NCBI GenBank assembly: GCA_964549685.1
Contig: CAZJVE010000002.1
Coordinates: 82,859 to 146,858 of the forward strand
DNA: 64,000 nucleotides
Source of the DNA: an uncultured archaeon
GTDB lineage: Archaea; Altiarchaeota; Altiarchaeia; IMC4; QMZM01
Reading direction: 5' to 3'
A program made the position numbers and the translations under genes. The notes under the pieces are model-generated. The model was given only the letters and a program-made list of their open reading frames with translations. It was not told where the DNA came from and did no database searches. Shown here one piece after another: positions 10,020 through 18,662 of the stretch (position 1 is its first letter; every line of letters begins with the position of its first letter).

Positions 10020-10063
10020 CTTAATCAATTAAGAATTAATCACGGGGCTATAAATTCTTATTG
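10020..10063 (-). promoter_or_regulatory. Putative archaeal promoter (TTTATAG box)
   Basis: Minus strand AATAAGAATTTATAG...AATTCTTAATTGATTAAGATG, same layout as 6883-6926. Confidence 0.5.
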
Positions 10064-12679
10064 GTTCGCCCAGTTATCGATGGCATCGATTACGTCAGCC
10101 AATTCGGCCTCCTCGTTCTGCCAGAGGTTTATGATATCTATGACCTCTGCCAGGCTCACCTCCCCATCGCAGTCAGAATCGCCCGTTAGACACACTATCG
10201 TCGTGCTCGTGGACGTGGTGCTGGTCGAGGTGGTCGTGGTTAGCACTGTCATGCTCAGGTCCCATTCTACTGGTATGAAGTTCTGCTTCGTTACTGTGAG
10301 GTTCATGGAGTCGTTGCCGGCGACGGTTACCTGAAGCGCCGCATCGCCCGAGGAATTGGTGTAGGCATTGGCGTATGAGCCCGAGTTCTGCAGGCAGACC
10401 CTCGCATCCTCGACAGGGCCGGCTGAACCGTTAACGGAAACCACTATTGAATTCTCCCCCAGATAAATCTCGCTGGGGAATTCCACGGTGAAATTCTCCG
10501 GGACCGAGGTCCATATCGGAACCTCAGGGTCTCCCAGGAGGTTGTAGTCCGCAAAGTTCTTCTTCGAGGCATCTCCGCCGCCCCATCCCTCATCCGTTGG
10601 CCACTGGTTGACGTAATACCATCTCTTCATGTCCGCCAGCGTCTTCCCCGGCTGATGGCTTCCGTTGATGAACTGCTCGAAGAACCTGTAAACCAGCTCC
10701 TGGTTGAAGCCGTCGCCAAGGACCCATCCCTGCGTGTAGTAGCTGGTCCTTGTGGCCCCCACATAGCCGATGGCCCAGTTCTTCAGCACCTCGTTGCCGA
10801 GAGAGCCTGTCTGGTCGAATGCCCCGGTTAAACAGGAATCTGCATAGACAAGCGGCAGCATCCCGCCGTTTGCAGGGTCCGTCCCGGTATCTACAAAGGC
10901 GTCGCATGTCTGGCACGGTACCGACACGGTATATAGCCCGTGGCCTGACCAGGTTACAAGGGAATTCCCATAGCCTGCATAGGTCTCAAAATTGGAATAT
11001 GTGAGTGCAGCATCCCTGTCGTACGTGCTGGAATGATACAGTCTGTAATTCGAGAAATTCCCCGGTTCCAGTAAATCAGCCCTGACCAGCTCCATCAGAT
11101 AGGCATCGTCAGTGGTGTCGTCGGATACCCCTCCCGCAAGAACCGCCCTCGAGAACCACTCGCTGCTGTTCGTGGGCGGTGATTTCTCATAGCTGATTAT
11201 GGCACTGACAAGGCTCTCAATCTCCGTTGCTGTTGATACCGGCAGCCTCCCGACGTAGACGTCGGGAATCCAGTCCGTTACCTCGTCCCCGACCCCGGTG
11301 TGTTCATTCTCTCCATAGTTGGAGTCCCAGTCGCTATTCCAGTCCCCGCCAAGGCAGCTATAGTAGTAGTCGGTCGGCACACTATCCTCGTCGCCTTCAT
11401 ACCAGTCCCTGCTCACTCTCAACGAGGGGACCTGGCTGTCCGAGCCTGCAAGAAGAACCCATTCCGCCCCCTCGCTGTATCTGTCGATGATGAAATCCCT
11501 AATCATCTTCTGCGGTGGATTCTCATGGGAATTCAAATCCATTGCACTGAAGCCGGAAACGGTCCAGTTGGTGGTTGAATTCCCCTCCGCCAGGAAGAGA
11601 ACTTCCTGGTCCGTAACTACAGAAACATTGTCCAGCCACCAGCCGCCGAAGCTGACGTAGGTGTCGGTAACATAGTAGAACCTAAGGTAGATTTCCTCCC
11701 CGGCGTAGCTGTCCATGTTTATAGTATCCTGCACCCAGGAGCTGTTCCCGGTATAGGCATAGGCGCCCTCCGTCCCTACATAGGCCTCCGGCTCCCGGTA
11801 GTCGGTCATCTGCCCGCCCTGCAGTTGGGTCCAGTTTTCTCCATTGCTTGAGACCTCGATGTAGCCAAAGTCCCAGCCCTTCTCGACCTTGAATTTTGTC
11901 ATGAGCGTCAGCTTCGCAGTGGTTGCATTGCTCAGGTTCAGTGTTCTCTGCATATAGTTGCTCTGGTCGTTGCCTGTCCCAGAATGGAAAACATAGTTCT
12001 CGGTTCCGTTGTAGCTCTGATAAATCCACTGCACGGTATATATCTCTGCTGGAACGCCCTTCTTCGTCTTCCATTCCTTCAATGGCTCCAGGGAAGAGTT
12101 CAAAGAGGAGTCGGTTATTATCAGATACTTCGTTGCGTTGGAGACAGTAAGTGTGCCCACCTTTCTCTTCTTCGGGAGTTCGTATTCAAGGCGTAGCGAG
12201 ACCCTCCTATGGAAGAGCAGGCTGCCACCACTATATTGCAGCGGGAAGATTGAGACCGATACCAGCTTGTGGTCCTTAAAACCATCGATAATCCAGAAGG
12301 AATAGACGTCTTCTGGGAACAGAAGGGACTGACCACCTGCCGTTTTAAGCGCCGGGGGATTCCCCCCTGTAGTCATGATTACGGGCTGCTTCGACAGGAC
12401 AAGGCCATCGACCTCGCCGAGGGATTCCGTTTCTGTGTCCTCCAGAATTACCTGAATATTCATAGCATCCCGGGGAATTTCCACGAACTCTCTCTTCATG
12501 GGTAGCCTTGGTTCATTGGGAATGGCTGTAAAATCAAGGCCCGGAATCTCATACTGGATTCCCTCATCGCTCTGGAATGCCGTCGGCTCCTGGAACTCAA
12601 AATCCAGATGCGTGCTCTCGGCCGAGACCGAGGCCGAAAGAAGGAAAAGCAACAGCAGCGCTCCAAACCTGTTCGACAT
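10058..12679 (-). CDS. Secreted C25 (gingipain-like) cysteine peptidase with propeptide, inserted beta-sandwich and C-terminal dockerin-like module
   Basis: KYLIIT...L.PL.EWK..KG; TDYYYS; PDVYVGRLPV; catalytic His WSGHG and Cys ADSCLTG; YNLLGDP. Confidence 0.88.
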   Translation of the reverse strand: MSNRFGALLLLFLLSASVSAESTHLDFEFQEPTAFQSDEGIQYEIPGLDFTAIPNEPRLPMKREFVEIPRDAMNIQVILEDTETESLGEVDGLVLSKQPVIMTTGGNPPALKTAGGQSLLFPEDVYSFWIIDGFKDHKLVSVSIFPLQYSGGSLLFHRRVSLRLEYELPKKRKVGTLTVSNATKYLIITDSSLNSSLEPLKEWKTKKGVPAEIYTVQWIYQSYNGTENYVFHSGTGNDQSNYMQRTLNLSNATTAKLTLMTKFKVEKGWDFGYIEVSSNGENWTQLQGGQMTDYREPEAYVGTEGAYAYTGNSSWVQDTINMDSYAGEEIYLRFYYVTDTYVSFGGWWLDNVSVVTDQEVLFLAEGNSTTNWTVSGFSAMDLNSHENPPQKMIRDFIIDRYSEGAEWVLLAGSDSQVPSLRVSRDWYEGDEDSVPTDYYYSCLGGDWNSDWDSNYGENEHTGVGDEVTDWIPDVYVGRLPVSTATEIESLVSAIISYEKSPPTNSSEWFSRAVLAGGVSDDTTDDAYLMELVRADLLEPGNFSNYRLYHSSTYDRDAALTYSNFETYAGYGNSLVTWSGHGLYTVSVPCQTCDAFVDTGTDPANGGMLPLVYADSCLTGAFDQTGSLGNEVLKNWAIGYVGATRTSYYTQGWVLGDGFNQELVYRFFEQFINGSHQPGKTLADMKRWYYVNQWPTDEGWGGGDASKKNFADYNLLGDPEVPIWTSVPENFTVEFPSEIYLGENSIVVSVNGSAGPVEDARVCLQNSGSYANAYTNSSGDAALQVTVAGNDSMNLTVTKQNFIPVEWDLSMTVLTTTTSTSTTSTSTTIVCLTGDSDCDGEVSLAEVIDIINLWQNEEAELADVIDAIDNWANQ

Positions 12680-12736
12680 AATCTCTATTTGCCTGCCAAT
12701 ATTTAAATACACAGAACTATCTTTTAATATAGCAAG

Positions 12737-12898
12737 ATGCCTGCAATGAAAAAGAGAGAGTACGGCGGCCCCGCGGGAGGGGCAGGACTAATCCGCTACT
12801 TCGACGTCGACGAAGGCGGCCCCAAGCTCGATCCGAAGTTCGTGCTCGGAATAGTCATAGCCGTAATCCTTCTTGAGATTCTTACGAACATGTTTTGA
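12737..12898 (+). CDS. secG: Preprotein translocase subunit Sec61beta/SecG (not in the ORF track)
   Basis: 53 aa MPAMKKREYGGPAGGAGLIRYFDVDEGGPKLDPKFVLGIVIAVIL...; AGLIRYF..E..K.DP plus one TM helix is the archaeal Sec61beta signature. Confidence 0.9.
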   Translation: MPAMKKREYGGPAGGAGLIRYFDVDEGGPKLDPKFVLGIVIAVILLEILTNMF

Positions 12899-12899
12899 T

Positions 12900-13094
12900 T
12901 GAACCGCAAAATGTGGCTGAATGCTTCGCATTCAGACACGCGCCCGACAAAGTCGGCCGCGTCGGTTCACGCTTTGTGCGACATACGCTAATTGCGACGT
13001 CGCCTTCCTCCGTCGCAATTTTTCAAAATTCGCTTCGCGAATTTTCAAATCGCTAGTCGCATGTGAATTCTCTAGAAATTTACCGGGAAATTCA
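12900..13094. repeat. Palindrome-rich intergenic element
   Basis: Perfect hairpins CTGAATGC-ttc-GCATTCAG, CCGAC-aaa-GTCGG, AATTGCGACG...CGTCGCAATT, AAAATTCGC-ttc-GCGAATTTT; related motifs at 27349 and 54809. Confidence 0.6.
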
Positions 13095-13099
13095 GTTAT

Positions 13100-13372
13100 G
13101 GCGAACAGGTCCGGGAGTGAATCTACCAGCTGAACACCGGCAACCTGAGTACATCCTCGTTCCCGCTACCCCACCAGCACCCTCTAGAGAGGTTAGGGCT
13201 GCTCCCGTCAAGGTCTGACCCGGTTCCCCCGGAAGAAAGTCCGGTAAGACGAGAGGTCATAGTCAGAAACTCAGACCGAATGAACGGCTGATAGACTGCC
13301 TCCCGGACTTCAGCTTTCCCTAAAGGCGATTGGGAATTACAGAGGACGCCTACCCCTCCAGCCTAGTTCACC
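13100..13372 (-). ncRNA. ffs: Archaeal signal recognition particle (7S) RNA
   Basis: 5' GGUGAAC pairs with 3' GUUCGCC (helix 1); Alu domain UAGGCUGGAGGGGUAGGCGUCCUCUGUAA; helix 8 GGUCAG-ACCU-UGAC-GGG-AGCAGCC. Confidence 0.9.
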
Positions 13373-13463
13373 GTAAGATATGTGGATTATAGACCTAAAA
13401 ATTCCCAGCTATTTAAATCAGAAAACTAATATCTATGTATTCGTTTAATCTCACTGAAACAAG

Positions 13464-14558
13464 ATGGATTCCATAGTAAATGCTGCTATACAGCACGGAA
13501 GTCTGGAAAAAAGGTCCTTTGATGAATTTGAAGACACTGACAAACTAAAGATAGTCGTTCTTGGTACAGGCGGAGGCGGAAACAACACAATAAATAGGCT
13601 GCAGCACATAGGCATAGAGGGCGCTGAGCTGATTGCCGCCAACACAGACAAGCAGGATTTGCAGAAGTTGGAGGGAGATGTAACGAAGATTCTAATTGGA
13701 GCCAAATTGATGCGCGGCCTTGGCGCTGGCGGATTCCCGGAGATGGGAGAGAAGGCTGCTGAAGCATCAAGGCACGAATTAGCCGACCTACTTGCTGATA
13801 CACACCTTCTGTTCCTGACAGCGGGAATGGGCGGCGGCACCGGAACCGGCTCAGCCCCCGTAATCGCAGAAATCGCAAGGGACCAGGGCGCGATAGTAGT
13901 AGCTATAGTAACATTCCCATTCAACCTGGAGAGAACAAGGTTGAATGTCGCAAGGGCAGGAATCGACCGCCTGAGAAAGGTTGCCGATACAGTCATAGTC
14001 CTTGACAACAACAAGCTTGTGCAGTACGTACCTAACCTCCCGATAGACAAGGCCTTCTCTGTTGCGGATGAGGTCGTTGCAAGGGCAGTCAAGGGAATTA
14101 CCGAAACAATCATGGAGCCCAGCCTAATCAACCTCGACTTCGCAGACATAAAGTCCGTCCTCGGAGGGGGCCAAGTTGCGGTCATCTCCGTCGGAGATGG
14201 AGAGGGCCCGGACAAGGTCGAGCGGGCAGTTGAGAATACTCTGGCACAGCCGCTCCTTGAGGTAAGTTATGCGGATGCTAGCGGAGCATTAATCCATATA
14301 ACTGGTGGAGAGGAGATGACACTCGGCGAGGCCAACGCAGTCGGCGAGCTCATAACCAAGGAGCTTAGAGCCGATGCATCAGTAACCTGGGGCGCCAGGG
14401 TCGAGCCAAGCCTGAAGGAGAAGATTCAGGTCATCGCAATCCTGACGGGAATAAAGTCTCCGAACATACTCTCAACCTGCGACGATGACAGCAGAACAGG
14501 CGCCTTCGTATATACTGAAGAATTCCACAGGTGGTCCAGAGGCCTTCCCGAAGTATAG
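13464..14558 (+). CDS. ftsZ: Cell division protein FtsZ
   Basis: GTGGGGNN, AGMGGGTGTG tubulin signature and T7 loop NLDFAD. Confidence 0.95.
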   Translation: MDSIVNAAIQHGSLEKRSFDEFEDTDKLKIVVLGTGGGGNNTINRLQHIGIEGAELIAANTDKQDLQKLEGDVTKILIGAKLMRGLGAGGFPEMGEKAAEASRHELADLLADTHLLFLTAGMGGGTGTGSAPVIAEIARDQGAIVVAIVTFPFNLERTRLNVARAGIDRLRKVADTVIVLDNNKLVQYVPNLPIDKAFSVADEVVARAVKGITETIMEPSLINLDFADIKSVLGGGQVAVISVGDGEGPDKVERAVENTLAQPLLEVSYADASGALIHITGGEEMTLGEANAVGELITKELRADASVTWGARVEPSLKEKIQVIAILTGIKSPNILSTCDDDSRTGAFVYTEEFHRWSRGLPEV

Positions 14559-15257
14559 CTACTTCTTTCTCTTCTCGGACGCTTTTCTGAATACTCCAGT
14601 CAGAGTAGTTGCCTCCAGCCCCGAGATGAATGCCCGGCCTATCAGCTGCCTGAACGTCTTCTTTGCTACTCTCTTCCTAAAATCTTCCTTATAGACCGAG
14701 TCAACGAGGGCGCTGAACTTTTCCAGCATGATGTCCTTCTCAATCTTCTTTGCCTTCCTGAACTTCCTGAGCCCTTTCCTGTTAGAAGCCTTTGAAATCT
14801 CGTAGAGGACTATCGCCACGGACTGCGACAGGTTCAGGGTCGGATACTCATCACTCGCCGGAATCGTAACCAGCATGTCGCACTCCTTTATCTCTTCGTT
14901 CAGCAGCCCCGTATCCTCTCTACCAAAGAGAATCCCCACCTTCCCGTCCAGGTCCAGGGAATTCCCCAGCTCCTCCGGAGCCACGGGAGACCTCATCGCA
15001 TTACTATCTCCTGCTATAACCGCGCTAGTAGCAACAAGAAAGTCGAATTTCCCGGCCAGCTCATCGAAGCTCTTCAGCACCTCGGCGCCCTTCAAGATAT
15101 CTATGCCGTGCATGGCCATCGCTCTTGCTTCTCCTTCAAGCTTCGGCGGCTTTACAAGGACAAGGCTGCTGAAACCGAAGTTCTTCATGGCCCTCGCTAC
15201 CGAGCCGATGTTGCCCTGATACTTTGGCTGCACCAATACCACAAAAAATTCGGCCAT
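14559..15257 (-). CDS. trmJ: tRNA 2'-O-methyltransferase, TrmJ/SPOUT family
   Basis: P...GNIGSVARAMKNFG, FGREDTGL, YPTLNLSQSV. Confidence 0.9.
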   Translation of the reverse strand: MAEFFVVLVQPKYQGNIGSVARAMKNFGFSSLVLVKPPKLEGEARAMAMHGIDILKGAEVLKSFDELAGKFDFLVATSAVIAGDSNAMRSPVAPEELGNSLDLDGKVGILFGREDTGLLNEEIKECDMLVTIPASDEYPTLNLSQSVAIVLYEISKASNRKGLRKFRKAKKIEKDIMLEKFSALVDSVYKEDFRKRVAKKTFRQLIGRAFISGLEATTLTGVFRKASEKRKK

Positions 15258-15295
15258 ACCGTTAGTTATAAGTCACTCAAGATTAATTATTTAAC

Positions 15296-16846
15296 ATGAG
15301 ATTCATAGGGACCATTCATGGCAAGGTCGACCCCACCAACTTCGACATACTTCTTGCTGTAGCAGATGTCGAGAAGGGGAGCTTCGTGAAGATAAACCAC
15401 GAGCTCTATGGTTGGGTCCTTGCCAGGATAGAGAACCTGAACAGATACCTTGAAAAGAGCGAGGAGGTAATCCTGGCGAAGGCCAGGACAATAGGTTACA
15501 AGGAAGGCAACCACATACTCATACCAAAGACGCCCTTCAAGCCCCAGGAGAAGGTCTATTCTGCCGACAGGGAGTTGATAGCCGATATCATAGGCCTGAA
15601 GAAGACTAAGACGGACAACCTCTACCTTGGCCTCCTTGAGGGCCACGACATCCCGGTCTACCTCGACACGGACAAATGCATAAGCAAGCACATGTCCGTC
15701 CTTGCAAAGACGGGGGCAGGAAAGAGCTATACTGTGGGAGTCATCCTCGAGGAACTGCTCAAGGGCAGGTTCCCCATAGTCATAATCGACCCGCACGGCG
15801 AGTATTCCAGCCTGAAGCACGAGAGCGAGGACTACGACTCCATGCTCCCGTACGGCACCAAGCCCAGGGCCTATGACAACCAGATAAAGGAATATGCTGC
15901 CAATATCATCACAAACCCCGAGGCAAGGAAATTCACTATCCGGCCGAAGTTCACTCTTGAGGAGCTGGTCGAGATTCTGCCCATGAGGCTTACTGACAAG
16001 CAGAAGTCCATAGTCTATGACGTCCTGCGCAGAGTCGAGCACCAGGAGTACACCATCCAGGACCTCATAAATGCGGTAAGGATGGAGGAGAGCAAGGCAA
16101 AGTGGAAAGTCATAAGCGGCCTTGAATCGCTGCGAAACTCCGGCATCTTCGACGGCAAGCCCCTTGCAGAGAAGGACCTGGTAAAGGGGGGCCAGGCCAC
16201 CGTAATCAACCTGAAGGGAGCAGAACCAAGGATACAGGAGCTCATAGTCTCGAAGGTCTCCAAGGACCTGTTCAACGCGATAAAGGTTGGCGATATTCCT
16301 GCATTCTTCTACCTGGTCGAGGAGGCGCACAACTTCTGCCCTGAAAGGGGCTTCGGGGACACGCTCTCATCACAAATTCTCCGCGACATCGCATCCGAGG
16401 GAAGGAAGTTTGGATTGCATCTGTGTGTTGTTTCACAGAGGCCCGCCAGGATAGACAAGAACGTCCTCTCCCAGTGCAACACACAGGTCATTCTCAAGGT
16501 AACGAACCCCAACGACCTCAGGGCCCTTGGGCAGTCCATAGAGGGCTTCACCCCCGGGATGGAGAACGACATAAAGCAGCTCTCCGTGGGGCAGGCCCTT
16601 GTTGTTGGCGAATGCGTCGAGCAGCCGATTACAATCAACATAAGGGCAAGAGAAACCAGGCACGGCGGCTCCAGAGGCAAGGAGGCAAAGCCAAGGCCCG
16701 AGACAAAGCCCGGCATCGTGGAAAAGATAAAGCCCGTCTTCATCAAGGAGGATGAGCAGCCAACACCCATCACAAAGGAGCAGCCCAAAAAGAAGAAGAA
16801 AACCAAGTGGGGCCTGGTCAAGAAAATATTTCTGAAGGATGAGTGA
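15296..16846 (+). CDS. HerA/DUF87-family ATPase with N-terminal HAS barrel
   Basis: HMSVLAKTGAGKS, IIDPHGEY, VEEAHNFCP, EGRKFG, SQRPA. Confidence 0.88.
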   Translation: MRFIGTIHGKVDPTNFDILLAVADVEKGSFVKINHELYGWVLARIENLNRYLEKSEEVILAKARTIGYKEGNHILIPKTPFKPQEKVYSADRELIADIIGLKKTKTDNLYLGLLEGHDIPVYLDTDKCISKHMSVLAKTGAGKSYTVGVILEELLKGRFPIVIIDPHGEYSSLKHESEDYDSMLPYGTKPRAYDNQIKEYAANIITNPEARKFTIRPKFTLEELVEILPMRLTDKQKSIVYDVLRRVEHQEYTIQDLINAVRMEESKAKWKVISGLESLRNSGIFDGKPLAEKDLVKGGQATVINLKGAEPRIQELIVSKVSKDLFNAIKVGDIPAFFYLVEEAHNFCPERGFGDTLSSQILRDIASEGRKFGLHLCVVSQRPARIDKNVLSQCNTQVILKVTNPNDLRALGQSIEGFTPGMENDIKQLSVGQALVVGECVEQPITINIRARETRHGGSRGKEAKPRPETKPGIVEKIKPVFIKEDEQPTPITKEQPKKKKKTKWGLVKKIFLKDE

Positions 16847-16897
16847 GGGAGATACACAACAGCACAAGTGGCTAGGTTCGTTCTCTCTATCTTATTA

Positions 16898-18112
16898 TCA
16901 TTCAATAACGCTTTTCAAATCATCCAGTAGATTGTCTGCTTTTGCGTCGTATGTATCGACGTAGTATATCTTTTGGTCGTCGGCATATAATATTTCACGT
17001 AGAGATATGTGGAATCCTGCCTTTTCGTCGTTTAGTTTTAGTATGTGGTTGTTCCTTAACTCTATGTCCTCTAATTTATCCGACAGCATTACCCTGAGTG
17101 GTATTGAATGGCCTGTTTTTCTTAATAGAACCGAGGTAAGAATGCTTGGTATGAGCTTCCTTTTTATTTTATTTTTGTATTCAACGTCTGTAAGCTTTTT
17201 TGCATATTTTTTCCAATCTTTCAGCTTTATAGTAATTGTGAAAAAAGAACCAAATCTCTGCCTGGAAATTGAGCTGATGTCTTCCTTTTTTATTTCAATA
17301 GGGGGATAGTTTTTGGTTGGATATATAAGCTCAATCTTTTTCCCATACACTCTAACCATTGGCTGATACACGAGAAAGGTGAAGTAATCGACCAGGGTAA
17401 GTAGAAAACCTATGAAAAAGAAAAAACCCCCAATTCTTCGAAACCAGAGCATAATGTCATCGGTTGCAGGCAGGAAATTAAAAAAGATAATACCGACAAC
17501 CAGAAGCAATACACTGTTTAGTATTATATGGGATTTGTTAGGTTTATAGTCTCTAAAAGCATCACCTCTAATCTTTTCTCTAATCTCCTTTTCCTTATAT
17601 TTCCCTAGTTTCGTAGACCATTCTACCTCCCTTCTTAGTCGGGTTATGCCCAATACTATAAGCAAAAATGCGTAAGACGTTAGGATTAGTAGCAGGATTA
17701 TAGTGTTTAAGCCATGTTCCCATGTCCACCAAAAATACAGGAGTGGAAGAAAAATCCAAAAACCAAAGAATATCATCAGGTAGGGGTACCAGCGTTTCTT
17801 TGTAGTGAGATATATTGCTGCTGTTAGCGGTATTAAAGTCACAAGTATGCCAGGAATTCTAGGAGACAATAGCAATGCTATCAAACCAAGCACGATAGAT
17901 ATCACAAACAAGCAGTTACGCATTATGTTATAATACGTCTTGTATCTCAGTTTCCAGATAAAGATCAAAAAGAGAGAGATAGGAAATGCATCAAGAAGAC
18001 TAAATAAGATGGGGAATACCTTATCCTCTGAAAGCAAAAAATGATTAACACCTACAACCAACACAATGGCAAATACCAAGAACCAACCGAACCCCCCAGC
18101 GATATTTCTCAT
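16898..18112 (-). CDS. Hypothetical multi-pass membrane protein (AT-rich)
   Basis: 404-aa ORF with about 8 hydrophobic segments; visibly lower GC than the flanks. Confidence 0.65.
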   Translation of the reverse strand: MRNIAGGFGWFLVFAIVLVVGVNHFLLSEDKVFPILFSLLDAFPISLFLIFIWKLRYKTYYNIMRNCLFVISIVLGLIALLLSPRIPGILVTLIPLTAAIYLTTKKRWYPYLMIFFGFWIFLPLLYFWWTWEHGLNTIILLLILTSYAFLLIVLGITRLRREVEWSTKLGKYKEKEIREKIRGDAFRDYKPNKSHIILNSVLLLVVGIIFFNFLPATDDIMLWFRRIGGFFFFIGFLLTLVDYFTFLVYQPMVRVYGKKIELIYPTKNYPPIEIKKEDISSISRQRFGSFFTITIKLKDWKKYAKKLTDVEYKNKIKRKLIPSILTSVLLRKTGHSIPLRVMLSDKLEDIELRNNHILKLNDEKAGFHISLREILYADDQKIYYVDTYDAKADNLLDDLKSVIE

Positions 18113-18178
18113 CTCATTAATCTATAGCCCCCCATACCTTTTATCCTGTGTAGATTAATCATTACGTAGAGAGATGAG

Positions 18179-18655
18179 ATGAAAAAGAAACCAAAGGTAT
18201 GGGCTAAGAAGATAAGATGGAATGGTATCGCAGTGAGTAAGAAAAGATTGGAGACAAAGGATAAACTCTTATTCTTCCTTCCCCTCTTGTTTGTGCTCAT
18301 AATTCTCATAATCTGCACCATATTTCTGATTACGAGGGCTTTTTGGTGGGGGGTGATGATAGGCCTTATTATTGCTCTCATGTCCTTCACTTTCATAACT
18401 ATCATAAAGCTACATTCTTATCGGCCCCCAAAAGGTTACGACTACTACGTTTTATATGATTCCGAAGACACCTTAGACCATGAATTGGGGCATATAATCG
18501 GGGAGCATTGTGATAAATTAACCAACCTTCCCTCCCTGATTGACAGACTTATCTATGAATTGTCAGATGACCCGTGGATCACGAAATTGCTAAAGAGACC
18601 GAGATGGAAGAGGAGGGCCGATAGGTCGCAGTTTGAAATCACTTATGCTGATTAA
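18179..18655 (+). CDS. Hypothetical 2-TM protein with an HExxH-like motif
   Basis: Two TM helices, then LDHELGH; AT-rich. Confidence 0.5.
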   Translation: MKKKPKVWAKKIRWNGIAVSKKRLETKDKLLFFLPLLFVLIILIICTIFLITRAFWWGVMIGLIIALMSFTFITIIKLHSYRPPKGYDYYVLYDSEDTLDHELGHIIGEHCDKLTNLPSLIDRLIYELSDDPWITKLLKRPRWKRRADRSQFEITYAD

Positions 18656-18662
18656 TAACTTG

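Noticed and set aside
12921-13133. 70-aa ORF
   Set aside because: It overlaps the hairpin element and the SRP RNA 3' end and has no protein features
15296-16846. HerA as part of an anti-phage defence system
   Set aside because: No nuclease, Sir2 or other effector partner is adjacent
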